Below, one piece after another: positions 18,319 to 28,014 of a DNA stretch of 64,000 nt. The translations under genes were made by a program, and so were the position numbers. Source of the stretch: Vicinamibacterales bacterium (lineage in GTDB: Bacteria; Acidobacteriota; Vicinamibacteria; Vicinamibacterales; UBA8438); assembly GCA_963662965.1 (NCBI GenBank), contig OY759970.1:3328524-3392523 (forward strand). The letters are read 5' to 3'. Below the pieces are notes generated by a model, which had not been told where the DNA came from, did no database searches, and saw only the letters and a program-made list of their open reading frames with translations. The number at the start of each line of letters is the position of its first letter. Within the stretch, counting starts at the first letter, position 1.

Positions 18319-19235
18319 ATGCAGCAGCACGTGCCGGCGTTTCTCGAGTTCCTGCGGCTGAATCGCAATGTGTCGCGCCACACCGTGCGCGCCTACGGCA
18401 GCGACCTGAAGCAGTTCTTCGCGTTTGCCAACGAACGGCTCCGTCACCCGCTCGAGGCGGCTGATTTTGACCACCGTCTCGTCCGCGCGTTTCTCGGCAT
18501 GCTCTACGAAGAGGGCAAATCGCGCGCGTCGTCGGCACGGAAGCTCGCGACCATTCGGTCGTTCGCGCGATATCTACGGCGCGAAGGGCACCTCGAGCGC
18601 GATCTCAGCGCCCTGGTGTCGACGCCGAAGCTCGAGAGGAGGATGCCAGCGTACCTCGATCCAGATGAGGTCGCCGTACTCCTCGAGTCGCCTGACGCCG
18701 CAACCCCGCTCGGTCGCCGAGACCGCGCGATTCTCGAGCTGTTCTACGCGTCCGGCTTGCGGTTGAGCGAGCTTGTCGGCCTCGATCTCGATGATGTGAA
18801 CCTGAGCGGGCGACTCGTCCGTGTGCTCGGCAAGGGCGGGAAAGAGCGGATCGTGCCGTTCAACCGAACCACCGCGGCCGCCATACGCGTCTATCTCGGT
18901 GATCGACGCGCCCTCGTCAAAGGACGCGCCGCGAAGGCGGAGCCGTCACGCCGTCGCCGACGCGTCGCGCCGCGCGAGCCGCTGTTCGTGAATTATCGTG
19001 GGGGACGGCTTTCGAGCCGCAGCGTCGACCGGCTGGTGCGGAGATACGTCATCCGGTCGAGTGCGCGGCTCGCCATCAGCCCGCACGCGCTCCGCCATTC
19101 ATTCGCGACGCACTTGCTCGAACGGGGTGCCGACCTGCGGGCGATTCAGGAGCTGCTTGGACACGCGCGGGTCAGCACGACGCAGCGCTATACGCATGTG
19201 CGCAACTCACAAATCACCGAGCTCTACCGGCGCAC

Positions 19236-19251
<16 letters not shown>
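18319..19251 (+). CDS. xerC: tyrosine recombinase XerC/XerD family
   Basis: 310 aa. R...HxLRHSFATHLL...GH....TTQ.YTH catalytic motifs, in the conserved topA-trmFO-xerC context. Confidence 0.85.
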
Positions 19252-19640
<389 letters not shown>

Positions 19641-19641
19641 A

Positions 19642-20810
19642 CTACTTAACCGCCGCCCGGTCGGCGCCGCCTCTCAGTGTCTCGATCTCGCAGGCCACCG
19701 GCAGCGTGATCCGGAATCGTGTGCCGCCCTCAGGCCGCGGCGAGACGTCGACCCGACCATCGTGCGCATCGACGATCTTGCGGACGATGGCGAGTCCGAG
19801 TCCCGAGCCGCGCGGCTTGGTGGTGAAGAACGGGCTGAAGATCTTTTCCGTCACGTCGGCCGGGATGCCGGGACCGTCGTCGGTCAAGTCAATCATCACG
19901 GACCCCGCGCCGTCAGCGAGGTCGAGGGTCCAGACGACATCATCGCTCGGGACGTGTGTCGCGGCAACCGCGACGCGGCCCGTGCCGCCCAGCGCTTCGA
20001 ACGCGTTGATCAAGAGGTTGGTGAAGAGCTGCCGTAGCTGCGTGTGGTCCCCTTGGATGTCCGGGAGTCTGTCGTCGACCGCCGTGGTGATCTCGACCTG
20101 ACCCCGGGCCTCGTGGCCAATCGTGCGCGCGATCGCGTCGCGCAGCACGTCGGGCACGGACGTCCGCTCGACCTCCAGGCTGATCGGTCTGACGAACTCC
20201 AGGACATCGACAACGATCGTGTTTGCGGTCGTCGCTTCGCTGATGATGTCCGACAGGAGCGCCTGCGCGTCATCGGAGTCTGGAACCTGGCGGTTGAGCA
20301 ATCCCGCGGTGATCTGAATGCCGGCGAGCGGATTCTTGACTTCGTGCGCGATCGCGGCCGCCATCTCGCCGAGCGCGGCAAGGCGATCACGTAGCCGGTC
20401 ACGTTCCGCCAGTTGCTCGACACGGGTCAGGTCCTTGAAGAAGAGCGCCGCGCCGCTGACCATCGCCGTCGATGATGCGAGACAGGGTGTAACCGATGAC
20501 GCGCCCCGATCGCCGGAGTCTCAGCTCCGCGCGGTTGGGCAGGTGGTTGAGGTCGAACGCATCAGCCAACACTTGGGTGATTTCGGGGATGTCCCCGAGG
20601 ACTTCCGCATACGGGCGTCCGAGATCCGACGCCTTGGGCCTGAGTCCGAGCACGCGATACGCCACATTGTTGATGAGGGCGTATCGTCTCGTTCCGACGA
20701 ATCGCCAACAGGCCGTTGCGCATGCCCCAGACGAGGTCGCGATAGAACGTCCCCCCGCGTGCTTCGTCGAGCCTCGCCGGTGGTGGGGTGGCGCCGTCCC
20801 AAGTCGGCAC
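19642..20810 (-). pseudogene. PAS-sensor histidine kinase with two frameshifts
   Basis: An intact HisKA (AHEVKNPL) plus HATPase_c (DDGPGIP, GSGLGLAI) occupies 19642-20463. The PAS segments upstream are in two other frames, with junctions near 20465 and 20681. Confidence 0.7.
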
Positions 20811-21017
20811 GCGTCCGCCTCGAGCCTAGTTTGGTCCGCTCATTTCTTCACAATAACGTAACAAAATCGTTCAATTACGGTGGCAAACCTTGTGCCTGTA
20901 ATTTAGACCTTGTTGTACAACGCCTGGCTAGACAGGAGAGGCCGATACGGAGCGTAAAATGATTACAAATATGTCATTCAATTACGAATTTGTATTAATC
21001 GTCGCGAGGATCGGCCG

Positions 21018-22976
21018 CTAGGAAGGCGAGCCCTCCTCAGCTTCCTTCTGGAGGGCTTCCCACTGATTCATGAGATCACCGACCTCCCACATCAACGCCT
21101 GATGGCGCTTGATTGCGTCGTCCGCCGCGGCCTGAGCTGCGTAGAAGTCGGGGGCCGACATCTTCGCCTCGAGCGCGCGGACTGTCTCCTCGCGGGTGGC
21201 GATGCGCCGCTCGAGGTCGGCAATTCGCTTCTGTAACGCGTCGAGACGTCGCTGCTGGCGGCGCGTTTCCACCTGCTGACGTTTGTGCACGGCGGCGTGC
21301 TTGCCGACAGACGGTCGGGTGGGGGTGGGCGCGCGCGGCGTCGCCTTTCGTGGGGGTTTCGGTCCGGGCTGCGATTGAGCCTTGTTCCACCGGAACTCTT
21401 CGTAGGTGCCCGGATACATGACGGCGTCACCGCGTCCGATCTCGAGAATCTTCGTGGCGAGGTGGTCGACGAAGTACCGATCGTGCGACACGAACATCAG
21501 CGTCCCGCCGTAGTCGGTGAGCGCATCGAGCAGGACGTTCGTCGAATCGATGTCGAGGTGATTCGTCGGCTCGTCGAGGAGCAGCGTATTGGATGGGCGG
21601 AGCAGCATCCGTGCCACCGCGAGCCTAGTCCGCTCGCCGCCGGACAGCACGCGGACACGCTTGTAGACGTCGTCTTCGGTGAAGAGGAAGCCGCCGAGGA
21701 TATTGCGGATGGCCGGCACCATGTTGACGGGAGAGCTGGTCGCGAGCGTTTCGTATACGGTGAGCGTGGGGTCGAGACGGGCCGCCTCGTCCTGCGCGAA
21801 GTACTGCGTGACGACGTGGTGTCCTTCGTGTCGAGCGCCGGCGTCGGGCGCTTCGACACCAGCGAGCATGCGCATCAGCGTCGATTTGCCGGTGCCGTTC
21901 GGACCGACGAGCCCCACGCGATCGCCGCGCGCGATGTGAACGTTGGCTCGCGCAAACACCCGAATGTCGCCATAGGCCTTGGCCACGTCGTGGAGCTCGA
22001 CCACCGTCCGACCGCTCTTCGCACTTATGGGAAACGTGAAGTGGACGCGTTTGCGCTCCGGCGGCACCTCGATCGGGGTCACCTTCTCGAGCATCTTAAT
22101 CCGGCTCTGGACCTGCTTGGCCTTCGTCGCCTGATAGCGGAATCGACCGATGAACATGCGCATCCGCGCGATGTCCTCGTCTTGTCGTCGCTTCGCCGCG
22201 CGGAGGCGGGCGACGCGCTCCTCACGTTCGACCATGTAGCCGCTATACGTGCCGGGGTACGTCGTGAGCGTTCGCATGCCGATCTCGGCGATGGCGGTGA
22301 CGACGCTGTCGAGAAAAAAGCGATCGTGGGAGACTAGGACCACCGCATGCGGGTATCCGACCAGAAACTCTTCCAGCCAGTTGCGCGCTTCGAGGTCGAG
22401 ATGGTTGGTCGGTTCGTCGAGGAGCAGCAGCCCCGGGCGTTGGAGGAGGAGCTTGGCGAGCGCGATCCGCATTTGCCATCCACCGGAGAAGTGCTCGGTC
22501 GGTCGCGCGAGGTCGTCGGTCGAGAAGCCGAGGCCGCGGAGGACCATGCCGACTTTCGCTTCGATCCCGTACCCATCTTGATCGTGGAACGTATACTGGA
22601 CCTCGCTGTAGCGTGCGAGCACAGCGTCATGTTCGGCTGCGGAGAGGCCAGTGTCGCCCAGTTGGTGCTCGAGCGCGCGCATCTCCTGTTGGAGGGCCAG
22701 CAACGCGTCGAACGCGTGGCTCGCCTCGTCGTGCAGCGTTCTCCCCTCGTGGGTCAGTCCGTCTTGCGGGAGATAGCCGACCGTGAGGTCGCCCGCGCGA
22801 GCGATTTCGCCGGCGTCTGCCTCGACGTCGCCGGCCATGATCCTGAGCAGGGTTGTCTTCCCTACGCCATTCGGCCCGCACAGACCGACGCGCTGGCCGG
22901 CCTGGATATGCCAGGTGACCTGGTCGAACAGGATGCGGTCGCCGAACGCTTTGTGTAGGCCGGAGAGCTGGATCAC
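21018..22976 (-). CDS. ABC-F family ATPase (Uup/YheS-like)
   Basis: 652 aa. Two NBDs (GPNGVGKTTLL, GPNGTGKSTLM; LSGGWQMR, LSGGERTR), no TM domain, C-terminal coiled coil. Confidence 0.9.
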   Translation of the reverse strand: MIQLSGLHKAFGDRILFDQVTWHIQAGQRVGLCGPNGVGKTTLLRIMAGDVEADAGEIARAGDLTVGYLPQDGLTHEGRTLHDEASHAFDALLALQQEMRALEHQLGDTGLSAAEHDAVLARYSEVQYTFHDQDGYGIEAKVGMVLRGLGFSTDDLARPTEHFSGGWQMRIALAKLLLQRPGLLLLDEPTNHLDLEARNWLEEFLVGYPHAVVLVSHDRFFLDSVVTAIAEIGMRTLTTYPGTYSGYMVEREERVARLRAAKRRQDEDIARMRMFIGRFRYQATKAKQVQSRIKMLEKVTPIEVPPERKRVHFTFPISAKSGRTVVELHDVAKAYGDIRVFARANVHIARGDRVGLVGPNGTGKSTLMRMLAGVEAPDAGARHEGHHVVTQYFAQDEAARLDPTLTVYETLATSSPVNMVPAIRNILGGFLFTEDDVYKRVRVLSGGERTRLAVARMLLRPSNTLLLDEPTNHLDIDSTNVLLDALTDYGGTLMFVSHDRYFVDHLATKILEIGRGDAVMYPGTYEEFRWNKAQSQPGPKPPRKATPRAPTPTRPSVGKHAAVHKRQQVETRRQQRRLDALQKRIADLERRIATREETVRALEAKMSAPDFYAAQAAADDAIKRHQALMWEVGDLMNQWEALQKEAEEGSPS

Positions 22977-23566
22977 TAGCCGAGCGCTTTGGCCGCGACC
23001 GCCAGTACCTTGGGCACCTTGAACGGCTTGGTGAGGTAGCCGGCGACTCCGAGATTTGCCGCTTCGATGGCGCTCGCTTCGGTGGAGAATCCGGTGATGA
23101 TGATGACCGGGATATCGGTCCTCAGCCGTCGCGCCTCGTGGATGACGGTCAAGCCGTCCATGCCAGGCATCTTCAGATCGGCGATCAGCAGGTCATAGCC
23201 GAAGAGCCGCATTCGCTCGAGCGCCGCCCGTCCATCCTGCGCGACATCGACATCGTATTCCGCCAGCGCGAGTGTCTTTGACAGGAGATCGCGAATGCTC
23301 GCTTCATCGTCGACGACGAGCACGCGTGGCCGCGACTCCGACGCGGGCTCTGATGTGGCCGTTGCGGCGGCCGAGACGGCAGGCTGGACACTGCGGGTGC
23401 ACTGGCTCTCGAGCCAGGCATCGATGTCGGCCTTACGAAATCGCCACTGGCGACCGACACGCACCGCCGGGATCTTTCCCGCCTTGATAAGGCGGTAGAC
23501 CGTGCGCAAGTTCACCTGGAGGTACTCGAGAACCTCTTCAGTGGTTAGGAACGCTTCGTCAATCAT
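22976..23566 (-). CDS. response regulator with N-terminal excisionase/MerR-type HTH
   Basis: HTH LTTEEVLEYLQVNLRTVYRLIKAGKIPAVRVGRQWRF, then a REC domain (VLVVDDE..., DLKMPGMDG, KPF). Confidence 0.85.
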   Translation of the reverse strand: MIDEAFLTTEEVLEYLQVNLRTVYRLIKAGKIPAVRVGRQWRFRKADIDAWLESQCTRSVQPAVSAAATATSEPASESRPRVLVVDDEASIRDLLSKTLALAEYDVDVAQDGRAALERMRLFGYDLLIADLKMPGMDGLTVIHEARRLRTDIPVIIITGFSTEASAIEAANLGVAGYLTKPFKVPKVLAVAAKALG

Positions 23567-23582
23567 CCGCGGGAGACCGGCC

Positions 23583-24899
23583 TCACTTTAGCGAATTCTT
23601 TCTACTCTTGCCACTCGGTAGGCCCGGGATCGGGAGCGTGATGGTGAAGACCGCCCCGCCCCGCCGGTCGTTCGACGCGGTGATCGCACCGCCGAGACCG
23701 CTGATGAGACCGTATGCGATGGCGAGCCCCAGACCCGTACCTTCGCCGACCGACCGTGTCGTGTAGAACGGCTCGAACACGTGGGGCAACGCGTCTGGCG
23801 CAATGCCGGGTCCGGTGTCGCGGATGCGAAGCGTCGCGCGGCGCTGTCGCGGTCTGTAGCGCGTGGCGATCTCGATTCGGCGGCGGCGGCGGTCGCGGAC
23901 CGCGAGCTCCGCATTGCTGAGCACGCTGAGGACCGCTTGGCGGAGCAGCATCGGTTCGGCCGCCACGCGGGGCATCGCCGCGTCGAGGGTCGTCACCACC
24001 TCGATGCCGGCCGGCCGACGTCCACCCTGTCCGACCGCCAGCGCCCGTTTCACCCCGGCGTGGAGGCTCACGGGCCGGCTGGTCAACGGGCGTGCTCCAC
24101 TGAACGTCAGCAAGTTCCGGATGATCTGCGCCGCGCGTTCCGCCTCTCTGGCGATGGTCTTGGCGTCGCGCGTCGCGCTCTTCGACAACGGCTCGGTTGC
24201 CCGAAGGAGGTCAATATGGCCAACGATGGCCTGCAGCGGGTTGTTGATTTCATCAGCGATTCCGCCGACGAACTGCCCGAGCGCGGCCAGTTTCTCCGAC
24301 TGCGCGAGGCGTTCGCGGAGTGCCGTGCGCTCGGCCTCGAGGCGGGTGCGTTCGGTGACATCGTGCGCAACCAGCACGACGCCGGCGGGGCTGACCGTCT
24401 GACGGCTGACGCGACTGAGCGTGACCGAGAAGGTGCCACCGAGCCGCTCGTCGTCGGTCTCGCGGGCCGGCACGACCTCGGACCCGCCAGCCTCATGCAG
24501 CGAGGTGACCCACTGGCAAATCTGAGGTCCGAGCAGGTCATGCAGCGACTGGCTGCGGACGGTGTCGAGCGTGCCGCCGGTGCGCATGACGAACGCCCGG
24601 TTGGCGAGCATGATTCGCAGCTTCGAGTCGCACACGGCCACCAAGTCCACGGTCGAGTCGAAGATGTTTTCCAGCTCCTGGCGTGCCTCGATCACGCCAT
24701 GGAGCAGGTGAACGTTCTCGATGGCGAGTGAGATCTCGGCGCCAAGCTCGACGGCGTACGACAGGAGAGCCGCGTCGCTCCATGCCGCGTGTCGGACGCG
24801 ATCGATGACGACCGACCCGAGCGCGCGCCGTCGCCCGCGGAGCGGGATAAGCACCGCGCGCCCGCCGGTCCGCGCCGGCCCCGGCGTGGCGAGACGCAC
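23583..24899 (-). CDS. GAF(partial)-PAS-histidine kinase; the 5' end is probably frameshifted
   Basis: HisKA (ADEINNPL), HATPase_c (DTGPGI, GTGLGLAI). The ORF starts in the middle of a GAF domain, and the upstream GAF-like text is in another frame. Confidence 0.8.
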   Translation of the reverse strand: MRLATPGPARTGGRAVLIPLRGRRRALGSVVIDRVRHAAWSDAALLSYAVELGAEISLAIENVHLLHGVIEARQELENIFDSTVDLVAVCDSKLRIMLANRAFVMRTGGTLDTVRSQSLHDLLGPQICQWVTSLHEAGGSEVVPARETDDERLGGTFSVTLSRVSRQTVSPAGVVLVAHDVTERTRLEAERTALRERLAQSEKLAALGQFVGGIADEINNPLQAIVGHIDLLRATEPLSKSATRDAKTIAREAERAAQIIRNLLTFSGARPLTSRPVSLHAGVKRALAVGQGGRRPAGIEVVTTLDAAMPRVAAEPMLLRQAVLSVLSNAELAVRDRRRRRIEIATRYRPRQRRATLRIRDTGPGIAPDALPHVFEPFYTTRSVGEGTGLGLAIAYGLISGLGGAITASNDRRGGAVFTITLPIPGLPSGKSRKNSLK

Positions 24900-25216
24900 C
24901 TTGGCGCGTGAAACCCGTGCACGGCGAGGAGGCGTTCATCGGCGGTGTCGACCCGCGTGCGTTTGGGAGGAGTGGTCGCAGACGTGGCGGTCAGCACAAG
25001 CTGTGGAGCTCGGTCGGGATGGCTGCCATGGTGAGCCTGGCCTTGGGCCGGGGCAGAGTATGTCGCCTACGGGTCCGTAACTCATTTGAAAACAACGTGT
25101 TGTCATCATGGCCGCCGCCGCCGACCATGCAGGTCGATCGCTCGTCTAATCTAGTGGTGTGTCCCCGTTGAGGTCGCGGGGGGAGACGATCACTGGGGAG
25201 TGAGCTGACACACGAC

Positions 25217-25858
25217 GTGGGCGCGGCGACAGAGGCGACGGACGAGGAGCTGGCCGCACTGGCTGCCGGCGGCGACACCGAGGTGTTCAACCAGCTCGTC
25301 GTCCGTTGGGAGCGCCAGATTTTCGCGCTCGCGTACCGAACGCTCGGGCGCGAGGAAGACGCCCGCGACGTCTGTCAGGACGCGTTCCTCCGTGCATTCC
25401 GTGCGATCAAGGGCGTTAAGGGAGAGGCGAAGTTCTCGTCCTGGCTCTATCGCATCGCCCTGAACCTCTGTCGAGACTCGGTGCGGAAGCAGCGCCGAAC
25501 GCCCGTGGCGCAGCTGTCTGACGAAGCCGAGCTCGAGCAGCGAATCGATCAGGCGGTCTCGCTCCCACGTGAGACGGTCGAGGAGCTCATTGTTCGTCGC
25601 GATCTCGGGCGGGCGGTCGAGCAATTGATGGCGACACTGCCCCCCGAGCAGCGCACCGTGATTGTGCTGAAGGAGTACCACGGTCTGACATTTCAAGAGA
25701 TCGCGGACCTGCAGGAGTGTCCGCTCAGTACGGTGAAGACGCGGCTCTACCAAGGGTTGAGTGTGCTCCGGCGTCAGCTGGAGGAGCACGGTCTCGGCAT
25801 GACCGCCGCTATTCCGGGGCAGCGAGTCCCGTATCCGCGCATCGCGCGCGAGCAGTGA
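25217..25858 (+). CDS. ECF (sigma-70 family, group 4) sigma factor
   Basis: Region 2 (DVCQDAFLRAF, FSSWLYRIALN) and region 4 (LPPEQRTVIVLKEYHGLTFQEIADLQECPLSTVKTRL). Confidence 0.9.
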   Translation: MGAATEATDEELAALAAGGDTEVFNQLVVRWERQIFALAYRTLGREEDARDVCQDAFLRAFRAIKGVKGEAKFSSWLYRIALNLCRDSVRKQRRTPVAQLSDEAELEQRIDQAVSLPRETVEELIVRRDLGRAVEQLMATLPPEQRTVIVLKEYHGLTFQEIADLQECPLSTVKTRLYQGLSVLRRQLEEHGLGMTAAIPGQRVPYPRIAREQ

Positions 25859-25867
25859 GGACGTCCA

Positions 25868-26593
25868 GTGTCTGATTCTGATTCTAATTATGACCGGCCC
25901 TGTCTAGACCAAGAGACGCTCGTGGCATACGCGTACGGGGAGTGCGAGCCCTGGGAGCGCGAGCGAGTTGATGCGCATCTCGACACCTGCGCATCGTGCG
26001 CCGAGACGCTACAGTCATTCTGGGCAGTGCGTGGGGCACTCGGCGAGTGGACGGTGCCCGACACCAGACTGGGGTTCCGCATCGTCGCGGACACGTCGGC
26101 GCCGCTGACGGATGACCCGAGTCGGTCATGGTGGCCCGAGGCGTTCGCGCCAGCGTGGAGTCTTGCGCTTGCGGCGACGCTGGTCATCGTCGTGGCGGCG
26201 GCGGTGGCGAGCGTCGAGCTTCGCTATGACGAATCCGGCTTCGTCTTCCGGATGGGATGGGCGGCGGAGGCGGCTGCCGACCGGACGGCGCCCGCGGAAG
26301 CCCCCGGGCGCGCGGACCTGAACGCCCTGGAGCAAACGCTTCGCGCGGAGCTCGTATCGTCGTCGTCCGCACCGCCGGACCTGGTCGGCTCGGATGGGCT
26401 CCGTCGAGAGATGCTGGCACTCATTCAGCAAAGCGAACGACGCCAGCAGCAGGAATTCGCATCGAGGTTGATTACGCTCGCACAGGAGTTCGAACCTCCA
26501 GCGGCGCGAAGACCAATTGCGTGTACGGCAGGACGTGGACAGTCTGACGGACTACGTCGTGCGTGTCGTGGGCCGCTAGGCCCGGTAGGGTGA
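25868..26593 (+). CDS. anti-sigma factor (zf-HC2 type, single TM)
   Basis: HLDTCASCAE zinc motif and one hydrophobic span. It directly follows the ECF sigma gene. The 3' end may be frameshifted near 26495. Confidence 0.7.
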   Translation: MSDSDSNYDRPCLDQETLVAYAYGECEPWERERVDAHLDTCASCAETLQSFWAVRGALGEWTVPDTRLGFRIVADTSAPLTDDPSRSWWPEAFAPAWSLALAATLVIVVAAAVASVELRYDESGFVFRMGWAAEAAADRTAPAEAPGRADLNALEQTLRAELVSSSSAPPDLVGSDGLRREMLALIQQSERRQQQEFASRLITLAQEFEPPAARRPIACTAGRGQSDGLRRACRGPLGPVG

Positions 26594-26596
26594 AAA

Positions 26597-27409
26597 ATGA
26601 CCAAGGGAATCGTGACGGCGGCCATCATGGGCGCGGTGCTGACGGTCGGCGTGCCGGCGGCGGCGCAGACCACTGGAACCGTCAGTGGGCGCGACCGAGC
26701 GGCCTACGACGCATTGATCACCGAGCTCGCGACGATGGAGGAGGTGCTGGTTCGCACGGTGAATCGCAGCGCCCGCGACGTCGAGCAACGGCTCCCGTCG
26801 TCCATGTCGGGGGTCGTGCTGTTCGCCGGACCGACACAGGTGCGCGGCTTCCGGCTGGTGGACTACGGCGTGTTCTTCGACGTGGAGTATCCGGTGCTGC
26901 GTCGCACGATTCTTTGGTCGATGCAGATGCTGGAGTCGAACCTTGAGGCCGATTTCCGCATGCTGCAGCGTCGGATGGAGCAGTTCGCCGACCTCCCGTC
27001 GCTTGAGCGTCTGTTGCGCGACGGCGAGCCGAACCGACGACCACCGGTGTCGCCGGTCGGGCTTGGCGCCGCCCCCGATCGACGCCGTGATCTGGATGTG
27101 GACGCGGGTGCCGAGCCAACCCCGGACCCGCCCCGGGCGGAGCCGCCGCGTGTGCCAGCGGCGGATGTGGACGACCTCTACCGGACCGCGCTCAACACCG
27201 CTCTCGTTGACGCGGTGCTGCAGTATGGCGGTGGTCTGGCCGCGTTGCTCGAGCAGGACGAATGGCTGACGGTGACCGCGCGCGATGTCCGCGCGCGGCG
27301 CGGACGCGACAGCACGCTTCGCGTCAAAGCCCGGGACGTCATCGCGCTGCGGGACGGGGATCTGACGATTGACGCAGCGCGGGCTCGGGTCGACGCCTCG
27401 CCCTTCTGA
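26597..27409 (+). CDS. secreted hypothetical protein
   Basis: Signal peptide MTKGIVTAAIMGAVLTVGVPAAAQ. Lies in the ECF operon. I recognise no family. Confidence 0.55.
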   Translation: MTKGIVTAAIMGAVLTVGVPAAAQTTGTVSGRDRAAYDALITELATMEEVLVRTVNRSARDVEQRLPSSMSGVVLFAGPTQVRGFRLVDYGVFFDVEYPVLRRTILWSMQMLESNLEADFRMLQRRMEQFADLPSLERLLRDGEPNRRPPVSPVGLGAAPDRRRDLDVDAGAEPTPDPPRAEPPRVPAADVDDLYRTALNTALVDAVLQYGGGLAALLEQDEWLTVTARDVRARRGRDSTLRVKARDVIALRDGDLTIDAARARVDASPF

Positions 27410-27423
27410 GCTACAATCGCCCC

Positions 27424-28014
27424 ATGGCAGACTGTCGTCGTCGGTGGCCGCCCGGGGTGCTCGCGCCGCTCGTGTCGCTCGCGTTCATCGCCGGAATGGC
27501 GAGCGGGTGCAGCGGGCCGCTCGATGTCCGCACCGCCCTGTCTGTGACCGACATCACGACCGGCTGGCTCGATGTCGGGCTCGATGATCTTGGTCGCACC
27601 AAGCTCGTTCCGACGATCTCATTCCGAATCGAGAACGCGTCCGAGGCCCGGGTACGCACGCTTCAGGTCAACGGCGTGTTCCGGCGATGCGAAGTCATCT
27701 ACGAGGGCCAGGCCCCGCCCGAGGAGCCAGTGTCGCCCGCCGATCCCGACGCCGGGACATGCGTGGGCGAAGATCGCGAGTGGGGCAGTTCGCTGGTCCG
27801 CGCCGTCGGTCGCCAAGGGTTCGAGCCAGGCGAGGGCGTGGGACCGTTCACCATGGAAAACAAGCTTGGCTACACCGGCGAGCAGTCGCGTCCCGAGATG
27901 CTGCAGCACCGCGACTTCGTCGATGTGAAGATCGAGCTGTTTGTGAAGCACCGCGCCGAGCGGTGGGCCAAGCTGGGTGAGTTCTCGATCGAACGGCAGC
28001 TACTCACCCAGTGA
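27424..28014 (+). CDS. hypothetical lipoprotein
   Basis: Lipobox IAGMASGC. 196 aa. I recognise no family. Confidence 0.55.
   Translation: MADCRRRWPPGVLAPLVSLAFIAGMASGCSGPLDVRTALSVTDITTGWLDVGLDDLGRTKLVPTISFRIENASEARVRTLQVNGVFRRCEVIYEGQAPPEEPVSPADPDAGTCVGEDREWGSSLVRAVGRQGFEPGEGVGPFTMENKLGYTGEQSRPEMLQHRDFVDVKIELFVKHRAERWAKLGEFSIERQLLTQ

Noticed and set aside
20881-20895. Sigma-54-like promoter TGGCAA-N5-GTGC on the plus strand
   Set aside because: The GG/GC spacing is right, but two consensus positions are off. No plus-strand gene lies downstream; it points antisense into the ABC-F gene. I kept it only as a weak note within the AT-rich island.
25140-25200. Additional repeat copies upstream of the ECF sigma gene (CTAGTGGTGTGT, GATCACTGGGGAGTGAGC)
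   Set aside because: These are only 7-12 nt resemblances to the A terminus and the shared motif, with no arms and no core. That is too short to distinguish from chance.
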